This document shows positions 42,531-50,897 of a DNA stretch of 64,000 nt, one piece after another. Both the position numbers and the translations under genes were made by a program. The DNA lies in the NCBI GenBank assembly GCA_030040425.1, contig JASHTS010000074.1, positions 12,198 through 76,197 on the forward strand, read 5' to 3'. The first letter of the stretch is position 1. Each line of letters begins with the position of its first letter. The notes under the pieces are model-generated. The model had not been told where the DNA came from. It ran no database searches and saw only the letters and a program-made list of their open reading frames with translations. The stretch comes from Acidobacteriaceae bacterium. Lineage in GTDB: Bacteria > Acidobacteriota > Terriglobia > Terriglobales > Acidobacteriaceae.

Positions 42531-42676
42531 CGCATGGCGAGCGGTAACGAGGAAATGGATGGAACGGCGATTTGGCGCGACTTTTTCGCGCCGGCGCATG
42601 TCCAATAAAGTGTTGGCTGCCGGTTGAGCAAGCACGGGGTTCGCCGTCGCGGGAAAAGGCGGAAAGGCGGGTCAGC

Positions 42677-44290
42677 ATGACGAAGTGCATGGGAAGTCTC
42701 AATTCTCCTGAAAACAATCGAGCCGGGAAGGGTCCCAAAACGGCCTTCCGATCGAGCTGGGGATGGCTGGCGCCGGCGGCGCTGCTTGCCGGCGTTTTGT
42801 GCCTGGCGCCTGCCTTGCGCGCCGATCCGGGGCAGGCTGGGCGCGCGGTGCGCCTGAGCTACGTGGACGGGCACGTGCGCATCACCCAGGGCAACCAGGT
42901 GCTGGCCGAGCAGGCCAATGCGAACACGCCGCTGTTTGAGGGCATGCAGATCACGACGGTGGACGACGGGCGCGCGGAGATCCAGTTTGAGGATGGAAGC
43001 GTGGCCCGGATTTCGCCCGATTCCTCGCTGACGCTGATGGTGCTGCGCGGCGAGGGCGCGGACGGCGATGCGGAGCTGACGCTCAACGGCGGTCTGGCTT
43101 ACTTCGAGCTCGAGGGCGGAAATCAGTCGGGGCAGATGAGCATTCACTTTGGCGATACCACCGCGACCGCGAGCGGCTTTACTGTGCTGCGCGTGCAGAT
43201 GGATACGCCGCCGGGCGAAGTTGCGGTTTTCTCAGGCAATGCGCACCTGGAGGGCGGGAATGGTGCGCTGTCGATGGACCTGCACGGCGGCGAGAGCGTG
43301 GCGCTGCTTGCCGGCAATGAGAGCAACTCGGTGGTTTCGGAGTCGATTGAGCCCAATTCGTGGGACGCATGGAACTCCGACCGCGACCAGGCGCTGATGG
43401 CGGAAAATGGTGCGGACACGGGCACGGGCGTGAATGCGGGCGGCGCGGAAAATCAGAACCCGGCGTGGAGCGACCTGGATGCGAACGGCAACTGGTACAA
43501 CGTGCCCGGCCAAGGCTACGTGTGGTCGCCTTACGACGCCTCGAATCCGTCGTGGGATCCGTACGGAAACGGCGACTGGATGTTTGAACCGGGATACGGC
43601 TACGTGTGGACCTCGGGCTATCCGTGGGGTTATCTGCCGTACCAGTGCGGCATGTGGAATTTCTACGACGGCTTTGGCTGGGGCTGGGCGCCGGGTTTTG
43701 GCGGGTGCCAGCCGTGGTGGGGGCTGGGTTATTACGGTGGACCATGGTTCGGCACGCGCTTCCTGCCCGGCTGGTATCATCCGCCGCACCGGCCGGTTTT
43801 GCCGCACCAGCCGTTCTCCGGCCATCCGGTTCCGATGATTGCAGTGAATCGCAAGCCGTTCACGGCGCCGGTGGGCGTGCTGCCGCTGCGCGGCGATCGC
43901 GGGGCGGTGACGATTGCGGGCAACTCGGTTGAGCCGCTCCACCCGCTGCCCGTTCGGCCGGGCTATGAAAGGCCGGCCGCTGCCTTTGCCAATCGCGAAG
44001 CGACGGTGTACGGCGAGGGCGCCCGCACCTTCAACTCCAGCACCCGGGAGGGTTATGTTCCTTCACGGGGTTCGTACCCGGCAGCGGCCGGCAGCGGGCA
44101 GAACCGTCCCGAGGCCGCACCGCGCGGCTACTCCGCGCCCAGCCATGGCTCAGCGCCTGCTCCCGCAAGCCATCCCTCCGGCGGAGGCGGCGGAGCCTCG
44201 CATGGCGGCGGAGGCGGCGGGGGTGGGGGAGCTTCGCATGGAGGCGGTGGAGGTGGAGGCGGCGGTGGAGGCGGCGGTTCGCACAAGTGA
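42677..44290 (+). CDS. FecR-domain / DUF6600-like secreted protein with Gly-rich tail
   Basis: AVRLSYVDG.V, GRAEIQFEDGS; DLDANG.W...YVW.P..W.PY.G W/Y/G-rich region. Confidence 0.8.
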   Translation: MTKCMGSLNSPENNRAGKGPKTAFRSSWGWLAPAALLAGVLCLAPALRADPGQAGRAVRLSYVDGHVRITQGNQVLAEQANANTPLFEGMQITTVDDGRAEIQFEDGSVARISPDSSLTLMVLRGEGADGDAELTLNGGLAYFELEGGNQSGQMSIHFGDTTATASGFTVLRVQMDTPPGEVAVFSGNAHLEGGNGALSMDLHGGESVALLAGNESNSVVSESIEPNSWDAWNSDRDQALMAENGADTGTGVNAGGAENQNPAWSDLDANGNWYNVPGQGYVWSPYDASNPSWDPYGNGDWMFEPGYGYVWTSGYPWGYLPYQCGMWNFYDGFGWGWAPGFGGCQPWWGLGYYGGPWFGTRFLPGWYHPPHRPVLPHQPFSGHPVPMIAVNRKPFTAPVGVLPLRGDRGAVTIAGNSVEPLHPLPVRPGYERPAAAFANREATVYGEGARTFNSSTREGYVPSRGSYPAAAGSGQNRPEAAPRGYSAPSHGSAPAPASHPSGGGGGASHGGGGGGGGGASHGGGGGGGGGGGGGSHK

Positions 44291-44554
44291 CGGCCGCGGC
44301 CTAGCCCCGATTTCCTGAGAGAAAAGAGCGCTTCTTCATCGGTCCGGAAACACGGCCGGAGTTGAAGCGCTTTCCCTTTTTGCGGCTACTGTGCGGAGAA
44401 TCTTCCCTTCGCCGGGATAAATCGGATACCGTAGAGGGCAAAACCGGGGGAATGCCGATACGGAGCGGTCTCTTCGCGCACCAATAGTCGGGGAATGGTA
44501 AGGAGAGGCCGCTCTTGCCTGGGGTGGGAATGCCCGCCGGGCCGGCAGGAACGG

Positions 44555-45640
44555 ATGGTGGCCAGTGCGATGGAAGAGCAACTGAAGAAGATCGAAGCCG
44601 AGGTGAAGAAGGAGTGGCCGGCGGTGATCAGCGGCGTGGGAGGCATTACGGCGCTGATCGGGCTTTTCGCGAGCCTGGGCGGCGGGGTTACGTGGCTGCT
44701 CAATCACCACCGGCACGCGGAGGAGCGGCAGTCGCAGATGGCGCAGGCGGAGGCCGAAGACGACCAGGGCGAATACCAGACGTCGATGCAGGCCTACAAC
44801 CAGATTCTGAAGGACGAACCTACCGATAACGCCGTGCTCGACGGCCAGCTGAAGGAAGCGGAACACTGGGTGGAGAACTTCCAAATCGCGGGGCAGGAAG
44901 GTCAGGATACGTCGCAGGCCGCGGGGGCGATGCTGGACCAGATCATGGCCGTTTTGGATGCGGGCATGACGCGGGCGCAGAGCGCGACGGAAAAAGCGGA
45001 CATTCAGGCGCACATCGGCTGGGCGCATTTTCTCAACGAGAAGATTGCGGAGCGGGAGTTCGGTTCAGCCGCAGAGGATAATCTGCGCGCGGCGCTCAAG
45101 CTGGACCCGAACAACGTGTATGCGAATGCGATGCTCGGCAATTGGCTGCTTGAAACCGACGGCGACTTTGACGAGGCGATGCACCACTTCGACACGGCTG
45201 TGGCCACCGGACAGGAGCGGCCGCTAGTGCGCACGTTTGAGCTTGGCGGGCTGGACGACCTGGACCACAAAGGCGCGCGAGCCGCGCAGATGCGCGTGGC
45301 CAACGAGATGCGCAAGGGCGGCGAGCCTTTGGGCGCGGATGACAAAAGCCGCATCGTAAGCTTCTGCTTCGCCTTCGTCGATGAACGCGAGGAGCTTATG
45401 GAGGCGCTGACGGCGGTCCCGCCGGATGACGAGTGGAAGACATACCTCTGGCTGGACGATGGATCGGAGAGCGACGACCGCCAGGTCATGCATGACTTCA
45501 TCCATGCGAGCCTGCTGGAAATTGGCGGAGATAAGGCGGGATCGCTCGAGAAATTTCGCGCCCTGCAGGCGCAGCTCAAAGACGAGCCGGGTTCGCTCCA
45601 AAGAGCAGTGGATGCGGCCATCAAGAGACTGCAGGGATAA
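44555..45640 (+). CDS. Membrane-anchored TPR-like protein
   Basis: N-terminal TM, ALKLDPNNVYANAMLGNW; start uncertain. Confidence 0.7.
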   Translation: MVASAMEEQLKKIEAEVKKEWPAVISGVGGITALIGLFASLGGGVTWLLNHHRHAEERQSQMAQAEAEDDQGEYQTSMQAYNQILKDEPTDNAVLDGQLKEAEHWVENFQIAGQEGQDTSQAAGAMLDQIMAVLDAGMTRAQSATEKADIQAHIGWAHFLNEKIAEREFGSAAEDNLRAALKLDPNNVYANAMLGNWLLETDGDFDEAMHHFDTAVATGQERPLVRTFELGGLDDLDHKGARAAQMRVANEMRKGGEPLGADDKSRIVSFCFAFVDEREELMEALTAVPPDDEWKTYLWLDDGSESDDRQVMHDFIHASLLEIGGDKAGSLEKFRALQAQLKDEPGSLQRAVDAAIKRLQG

Positions 45641-45888
45641 CGCCGCAGGCGAGGCGCATGGCCGCCGCGGAGCGCGGGATTCGTGGGCGGGATGGATTGG
45701 GTTGAGGGACCAATCCGAGCGGCAGATCCGTGCGGCCACCTTCAAGCTGCTTATTTTCATCGAGTTATGGATGAGCACGGAGCGGGCTCCCCTTATCCTT
45801 CAGGTAACACATTAGAGTTATTTTGGTCACTAACAAAGTTAGTTACTATGGGGTCATATTTCAGGACATCTTGAGGGAAGCAGATCGC

Positions 45889-46080
45889 GTGATTCGATCG
45901 ATTGGATTTCCAGGTGCTCCACGATTCGGGCAGGGGGTGTTCGGGCTGGCGATCCGCGGCCCGGCCAAGCCGCCTGCCAGCACCAGGACCGGGCTCTCGA
46001 ATCAGTTCGTGAAGACGCTGTTCTGGTTCGTGCTGGCCATTTGTGCGATGGTCCTTACCGGATGCGGCGCCGTGCTCTGA
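45889..46080 (+). pseudogene. Lipoprotein signal peptide followed by only 4 residues (truncated gene or micro-lipoprotein)
   Basis: GAGGG + GTG; ...KTLFWFVLAICAMVLTG-CGAVL-stop. Confidence 0.4.
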
Positions 46081-46174
46081 CTCTGCTTTCGCGCAGCGGC
46101 TTTCCATCTCCGGCGCTCATATCTGCATCGGCTCTGGCGCATAGAGCCGGTGATCTGCGATAACCGAATTCATC

Positions 46175-46528
46175 GTGGGAAGCGCAACCATCTTTGTCTA
46201 CGGCACACTGAAGCGCGGATGCCGCAATCACTCGTTTCTCCAATCGGCCGAATATCTGGGCGAAGCCTGGACAGAGCCGGGTTATTCCCTGGTCGATTGC
46301 GGCACGTACCCGGGAATGATCTGGGGCGGTGAGAGAGAAGGCGTAGCCGGCGAGGCGTACCGCGTGAATGCGACGCAGCTCGAGGCGCTGGACCGGTTAG
46401 AAGATGTGCCCCATGAGTTTGAACGTGCGACGATCCGGCTGCGCGATGGAAGAGAAGCGCAGGCTTATCTCTATTGCGGCGACACGGCCCACTTGCCGCG
46501 GTGCGATGTGCCGTGGAAAGAGTGCTAG
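46175..46528 (+). CDS. Gamma-glutamylcyclotransferase family protein
   Basis: IFVYGTLKRG..NH, YPG, GE.Y, LDRLE. Confidence 0.9.
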   Translation: MGSATIFVYGTLKRGCRNHSFLQSAEYLGEAWTEPGYSLVDCGTYPGMIWGGEREGVAGEAYRVNATQLEALDRLEDVPHEFERATIRLRDGREAQAYLYCGDTAHLPRCDVPWKEC

Positions 46529-46535
46529 CGAAGAG

Positions 46536-46665
46536 TTTCCCGCCCTCAACTAGAAGAAGCGTTCGGGATGGGGCAAGCTGCGGGGGAGCAAGGGAGCGAG
46601 TCAGCCGCAGTGCGGTCCCACCCTTTCCGCATCCGCCACGGCGGACGCGGAGAGAATGGGGCAAC
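46536..46665 (+). repeat. Two palindromic repeats of family B (CCCRCCC...GGATGGGGCAA)
   Basis: 46536-46577 and 46616-46665. Confidence 0.8.
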
Positions 46666-46764
46666 GGGTCTATGCGCAGCGAGCGAGGCGTGGGCGCGCG
46701 TGTATACTTGCTGCGCCTTCAATTCCCCGAAAGAAGAGAATTCTCGCAAGGAGAGGAGTATTGC

Positions 46765-47097
46765 ATGCCCAATTACCTGGTGCAGGTTTCCTACAGTAGT
46801 GAAGCGTTGGCGTCGTTGATCGCGAACCCGCAGGATCGTTCCGAAGTGGTCAAGAAGGTGGCCAAGAAGCTGGGCGGCAAGGTTCACGGGTCCTGGCTGG
46901 CGTTTGGCGACTACGACCTGGTGATGGTGATGGAGATGCCCGACAACGTCAGCGCTGCCGCCATTGCACTGGCTGCGGCGGCGGGCGGCTCGTGCAAGAC
47001 GGTCAAGACCACGCCGCTGCTGACGGTCAAAGAAGGAATGGCTGCGCTCGAAAAAGCAGCGACCTCGGGGTACAAGCCGGTCACGCCGGCGCAATAA
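46765..47097 (+). CDS. GYD domain protein
   Basis: GAGGAG SD; KLGGKV...FGDYD...EMPD..SAAA. Confidence 0.85.
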   Translation: MPNYLVQVSYSSEALASLIANPQDRSEVVKKVAKKLGGKVHGSWLAFGDYDLVMVMEMPDNVSAAAIALAAAAGGSCKTVKTTPLLTVKEGMAALEKAATSGYKPVTPAQ

Positions 47098-47119
47098 GCA
47101 GCGAGTCAGCCGGCGTGCG

Positions 47120-47161
47120 TTCCCGCCCTTCGAGCAGAGAACGCTCGAAGGATGGGGCAAC
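47120..47161 (+). repeat. Palindromic repeat family B
   Basis: TTCCCGCCCTTCGAGC...GCTCGAAGGATGGGGCAAC. Confidence 0.85.
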
Positions 47162-47169
47162 GCAAGGGA

Positions 47170-47610
47170 TTATTGCGCGGGGTTTGCGCTCGCGGCAGCG
47201 TCCGCTGCGAGGGGGTTGTCGGTCCGCGGCGTCATCGAAACCACGACGTAAGGACGATCTTTGCCGTCGAGCCCATCGACGCGCAACAGCAGCTTGTCTT
47301 TATCGATGCGGAACTGCGCCGTTCCGCCCACCGGCAAAAGCTCCGGATGCTTTTGATCGCGCGGGCGAATGTGGTAGATCACCGCGTCCGCCTGCAGCAC
47401 GTACTCCTGGCAGAGGAGATCCTGGGTCTTCGTGTTGGTGTTGTCGGTGCCCACGATCTCGCTGAGTGCGGAGTGGTCGTCTTTTTGGGTTGTGCCGCAG
47501 TGTACGGAGTTCATCTGCAGCAGCTTGCCGGTCTGATAAGGCTGGGGCGAGTGCGCGTAGGCCGCCGTGGCCGCACCCAGCAGTGCACAAAGCATCCACC
47601 TGGATTGCAT
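47170..47610 (-). CDS. Secreted hypothetical protein
   Basis: Signal peptide AYA/HS, GKLLQM.SV.CG, LCQEY, LPVG. Confidence 0.75.
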   Translation of the reverse strand: MQSRWMLCALLGAATAAYAHSPQPYQTGKLLQMNSVHCGTTQKDDHSALSEIVGTDNTNTKTQDLLCQEYVLQADAVIYHIRPRDQKHPELLPVGGTAQFRIDKDKLLLRVDGLDGKDRPYVVVSMTPRTDNPLAADAAASANPAQ

Positions 47611-47817
47611 CCTCGATACGCTCCTTACTGAAGATAAAGAGAACCCTCGATTCAGGGTGAAGCGAAGCTTCTCAGGCTCTCTGCTATGCCGTTTGGAGTT
47701 GGGATGGCGCGGGGAGGGCGGAGGGTTGGCGCGACCGCCGAGGGGAAGGATTACGCAGGTAATGGGGAGCACGTCAGCGAGGCAGCGAGCCAGCAAGTTC
47801 GCGCGTTGAGTTCGTGC

Positions 47818-47925
47818 TTTCCCACCCAAGGCGCACAAAACGCGCTATTGGATGGGGCCCCCGGCGAGTCAGCCGCTGTGTGGACCCGCCCCTTCCGCGA
47901 AGGACGCGGAAAGGATGGCGCAACC
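47818..47925 (+). repeat. Two palindromic repeats of family B
   Basis: 47818-47862 and 47884-47925. Confidence 0.8.
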
Positions 47926-47957
47926 TGCCCAAAGTACGGGTCAACGGCGAGATTGCT

Positions 47958-49022
47958 TCAGGCGCTGGCGCTGCGCGAGGCGTTCGATTTGATGAGCTGA
48001 TTGAATTGGTATTTCAAGTTGGCCTTGAATTTTTCAAACATGCCTTTTTCGGCGAACGTGCCCTTGTTCTGCTTGAGGCCTTCGAGCGTGAGGTGCGAAG
48101 TGGTGATGGCCTGGTTGGCGTTCTTGATCAGCGGGTCCAACTGGGTCTTCTTCATTCGCTCCACTTTGTCCATCCAGCCGGGCAGGCCCATATCGGAGAT
48201 GAAGAAATTGACGACCATGCTGGTGTCAGAGCAGGCGATCAGGTAGCAGCCGAGCAGCGGGCACACCTGGAACACACCGATGTTGAGCTTGGATGGATCG
48301 GGATCGTCGAGCACCGCGTTGCCGGCTTTCATCTCGGTGTAATCGCGGCCCAGGATGGCCAGCTCCTGAATGAGCTTGGCCAGCGCGCTGGCTGCGCCCA
48401 CCGCGGCCGTGGTGGCCGTGCCCAGGTCGGCAAAGAGCCCCGCCACCTTGGTCGCGGCCGAAGCCGTGTTGCGCACCGCGTCCGCGGTATTGGCGGCCAG
48501 GAACCGCTTGATGCAGGTCAGAACCGCGTTCGCCGCTGCCGAGGGATCTCCGGGCAGCACGCCCTCGAGGTAGTAATCGCCTTTGTAGAGATCGCGCGAA
48601 TTGGCCACCACCGCGCGCCAGGATTTGGCGGCCTTGTAGGAGCTGCTCACGACTCCGATGAATGGCGTCATCTCCGAGATCATGGAGTGCAGCACCTCGC
48701 TGCCCACCGCGCTCACCACGTCGGAGATGTCATGCAGGTTGGTGGCGATCTTGACGAACTCAATGGCGTTGGAGCGCAGGTCGCCGACCTGCGAGATGGC
48801 CGAAGCGGTCTTCGCGCCGGACTTGATGCCGCTCACCAGGCTGCTCGTCGAAGTGCCCAGCGAAGTTGCGTCCGAGATCGCGTTCTTGAGCGTTTTTTCC
48901 TTGGCATGCTTGGCGAAGGTGAGATGGGTTCCGGTGAACATCTCCTTGAAGTTGTCTTTGCGCGCGCGGGCGACCACGCCCATCGCCTTGAAGTCCGCAC
49001 TGCCGAGCTTGGTTGTCGCCAT
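47958..49022 (-). CDS. Hypothetical protein, family not recognised
   Basis: 354-aa ORF with AAGGAG SD and strong GC3 coding bias. Confidence 0.8.
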   Translation of the reverse strand: MATTKLGSADFKAMGVVARARKDNFKEMFTGTHLTFAKHAKEKTLKNAISDATSLGTSTSSLVSGIKSGAKTASAISQVGDLRSNAIEFVKIATNLHDISDVVSAVGSEVLHSMISEMTPFIGVVSSSYKAAKSWRAVVANSRDLYKGDYYLEGVLPGDPSAAANAVLTCIKRFLAANTADAVRNTASAATKVAGLFADLGTATTAAVGAASALAKLIQELAILGRDYTEMKAGNAVLDDPDPSKLNIGVFQVCPLLGCYLIACSDTSMVVNFFISDMGLPGWMDKVERMKKTQLDPLIKNANQAITTSHLTLEGLKQNKGTFAEKGMFEKFKANLKYQFNQLIKSNASRSASA

Positions 49023-49092
49023 CGCATGCTCCTTTGCCGCGAGTTTTCCTGAGGGTACTCAGGATACTACGGCTGCGCGCTCGGGCGGTGGG

Positions 49093-49126
49093 TTCCCGCC
49101 CTTCGCTGCGCGAAGGATGGGGCAAC
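49093..49126 (+). repeat. Palindromic repeat family B
   Basis: TTCCCGCCCTTCGC...GCGAAGGATGGGGCAAC. Confidence 0.85.
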
Positions 49127-49143
49127 AACCTTCGTGGGGCGTT

Positions 49144-50388
49144 TTACATCAGCTTGCGGCGCACTAAATCGAGGGCCTGTTGCGCGGCCCAGGCGCGCAC
49201 GCGCTCGCGGTCCCCGCGAAAGGTGCGTTCGACGACGTCAGTCTTCTGCGCGTCGGCGATGGCGAAGTGGACGAGGCCGACGGGTTTGGATTCCGTGGCG
49301 CCGGTGGGGCCGGCGATGCCGGTCACTCCCAGTCCAAGGGTTGCGCCGGTGCGCTGGCGAATGCCTTCGGCGAGGCCGCGGGCCACCTGCTCGCTGACGG
49401 CTCCGTGCTGCGCGATGAGCTCGGCGGGCACGCCGGCAAAGGCGGTCTTGAGCGAGTCAGAGTAAACGACGGCGCCGCCTAGAAAGGAGCGCGAGCTGCC
49501 GGGGACGGAAGTGATGCGCTCGGCGACCATGCCGCCGGTACAGCTCTCGGCCACGGCCAGTGTGGCCTGGCGCAGGCCCAGGCAGTAGAGAACGATCTGC
49601 TCGAGAGATTCGCCTTCCGAGGAGTAGAGCCATTCTTCGAGAACTTCTTCGAGCTTGCCGGCGAGCTCATTGACACGCGCCTGCGCGGCTTCGAGCGTGG
49701 GCTTGGAGCACTCGAGCGTGAACTGGATGTCGCCGGTGTGGGCGAGGATGGTGGTTTCGACGTCTGTGAATTGCGTGTAGACGGGCGCAGCCAGCTTGTC
49801 GGCCTGCGATTCGGCGATCATGGCGGCTTTGAGCGTGCGCGTGGCGATGTGGCGCGGCGGAGCGAGATCGCGCAGGCGGGGAAGGCACTCCGTGTCGAAG
49901 AGCGCTTTGCACTCGTGGGGCGGGCCGGGGATGAGAAAAATGAGCTTGCGGAAGCCGGAGAAGGTGGTGTCGAGGAATTGTCCCGGCGCGCTGCCATTGG
50001 CATTGGGGAGGAGTGTTGCGCCCTCGAGCACGTCGGCCTGCTTGAGGTTGTTGGACGGGATGGTGATGCGCCAACTGGCAGCGCGGGCGTGCAGCGCGGC
50101 CACTTGCGTGGCGTCGCGGCGCAGCGTGAGCGAGAGCGACTCGGCGACGGCTTCGCGGGTGAGGTCGTCTTCCGTGGGGCCGAGGCCGCCCATGAGGATG
50201 ACGATGTCCACGCGGCCGAGAGCGGAACGGATGGCGTTGACGAGATCCTTGCGGCGGTCGCCGACGATGGTTTTGAAGGCGACGGTGACCCCGATGGAGT
50301 TGAGTTTTTCGGTGAGGTAGAGGGAGTTGGTGTCCTGACGGTGCGGGGTGAGCATCTCAGAACCGACGGCGATGATTTCAGACTTCAT
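49144..50388 (-). CDS. cinA: Competence/damage-inducible protein A (MoCF-like + PncC domains)
   Basis: IIAVGSEML, GGLGPTEDDLTRE, AESCTGG, TGIAGPTG. Confidence 0.95.
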   Translation of the reverse strand: MKSEIIAVGSEMLTPHRQDTNSLYLTEKLNSIGVTVAFKTIVGDRRKDLVNAIRSALGRVDIVILMGGLGPTEDDLTREAVAESLSLTLRRDATQVAALHARAASWRITIPSNNLKQADVLEGATLLPNANGSAPGQFLDTTFSGFRKLIFLIPGPPHECKALFDTECLPRLRDLAPPRHIATRTLKAAMIAESQADKLAAPVYTQFTDVETTILAHTGDIQFTLECSKPTLEAAQARVNELAGKLEEVLEEWLYSSEGESLEQIVLYCLGLRQATLAVAESCTGGMVAERITSVPGSSRSFLGGAVVYSDSLKTAFAGVPAELIAQHGAVSEQVARGLAEGIRQRTGATLGLGVTGIAGPTGATESKPVGLVHFAIADAQKTDVVERTFRGDRERVRAWAAQQALDLVRRKLM

Positions 50389-50391
50389 GGG

Positions 50392-50429
50392 CAGTGGTCA
50401 GGGATCAGAGATCGGGGGTCAGGGATCAG
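50392..50429 (+). repeat. Tandem heptamer repeat (CAGGGAT-like)
   Basis: Five units immediately upstream of the cinA start. Confidence 0.75.
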
Positions 50430-50897
50430 CCAGCCGCGGCCCGCCGCATCATCGACCTCCTCCATTATTTCTTATCGGAGCCGGGAGACGATCTCCAGCC
50501 GGCAGCCGTCGTGCCACGGTTGGGGAGCCGACTCCGATTCTCGCGCTTTTGGAAGGGAGCATCCGCACCCGCTGCAAAGAACGCTGCGCACGCTCGTGCA
50601 GTGATTTGCCTCCTGCGAAAATGCCTGTTGAGGTCTGCAGGCAGCGCACGCCATGCGTTGCAGACGGGCAACGTCAACGCAAGGTGCAAATATTGAGGAG
50701 CTTGCGTAAATCCTCTATTGAAATAATTTTCCACTTGACAGCGATAGAGTGAACCCTTCATTTTATTGGCCGACGTCCAGACCCGGGAAAGCGCGTGCTG
50801 CGTTTTTCCACCCGGGTCACGTCTCGCACTCAGCCTGAAGACCCGAAAGACCCCTGAGTGGGTTTCCCCAACGGATGTCAACAGGAGGACTTCCTAC

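Noticed and set aside
44170-44290. GGC-rich tract as a DNA-level repeat element
   Set aside because: Encodes the low-complexity Gly-rich tail (ASHGGGG repeats) of the FecR-domain protein
46536-49126. CRISPR array or classical integron
   Set aside because: Repeats vary in length and loop and are separated by whole genes; no cas or intI genes and no consistent GTTRRRY/RYYYAAC ends
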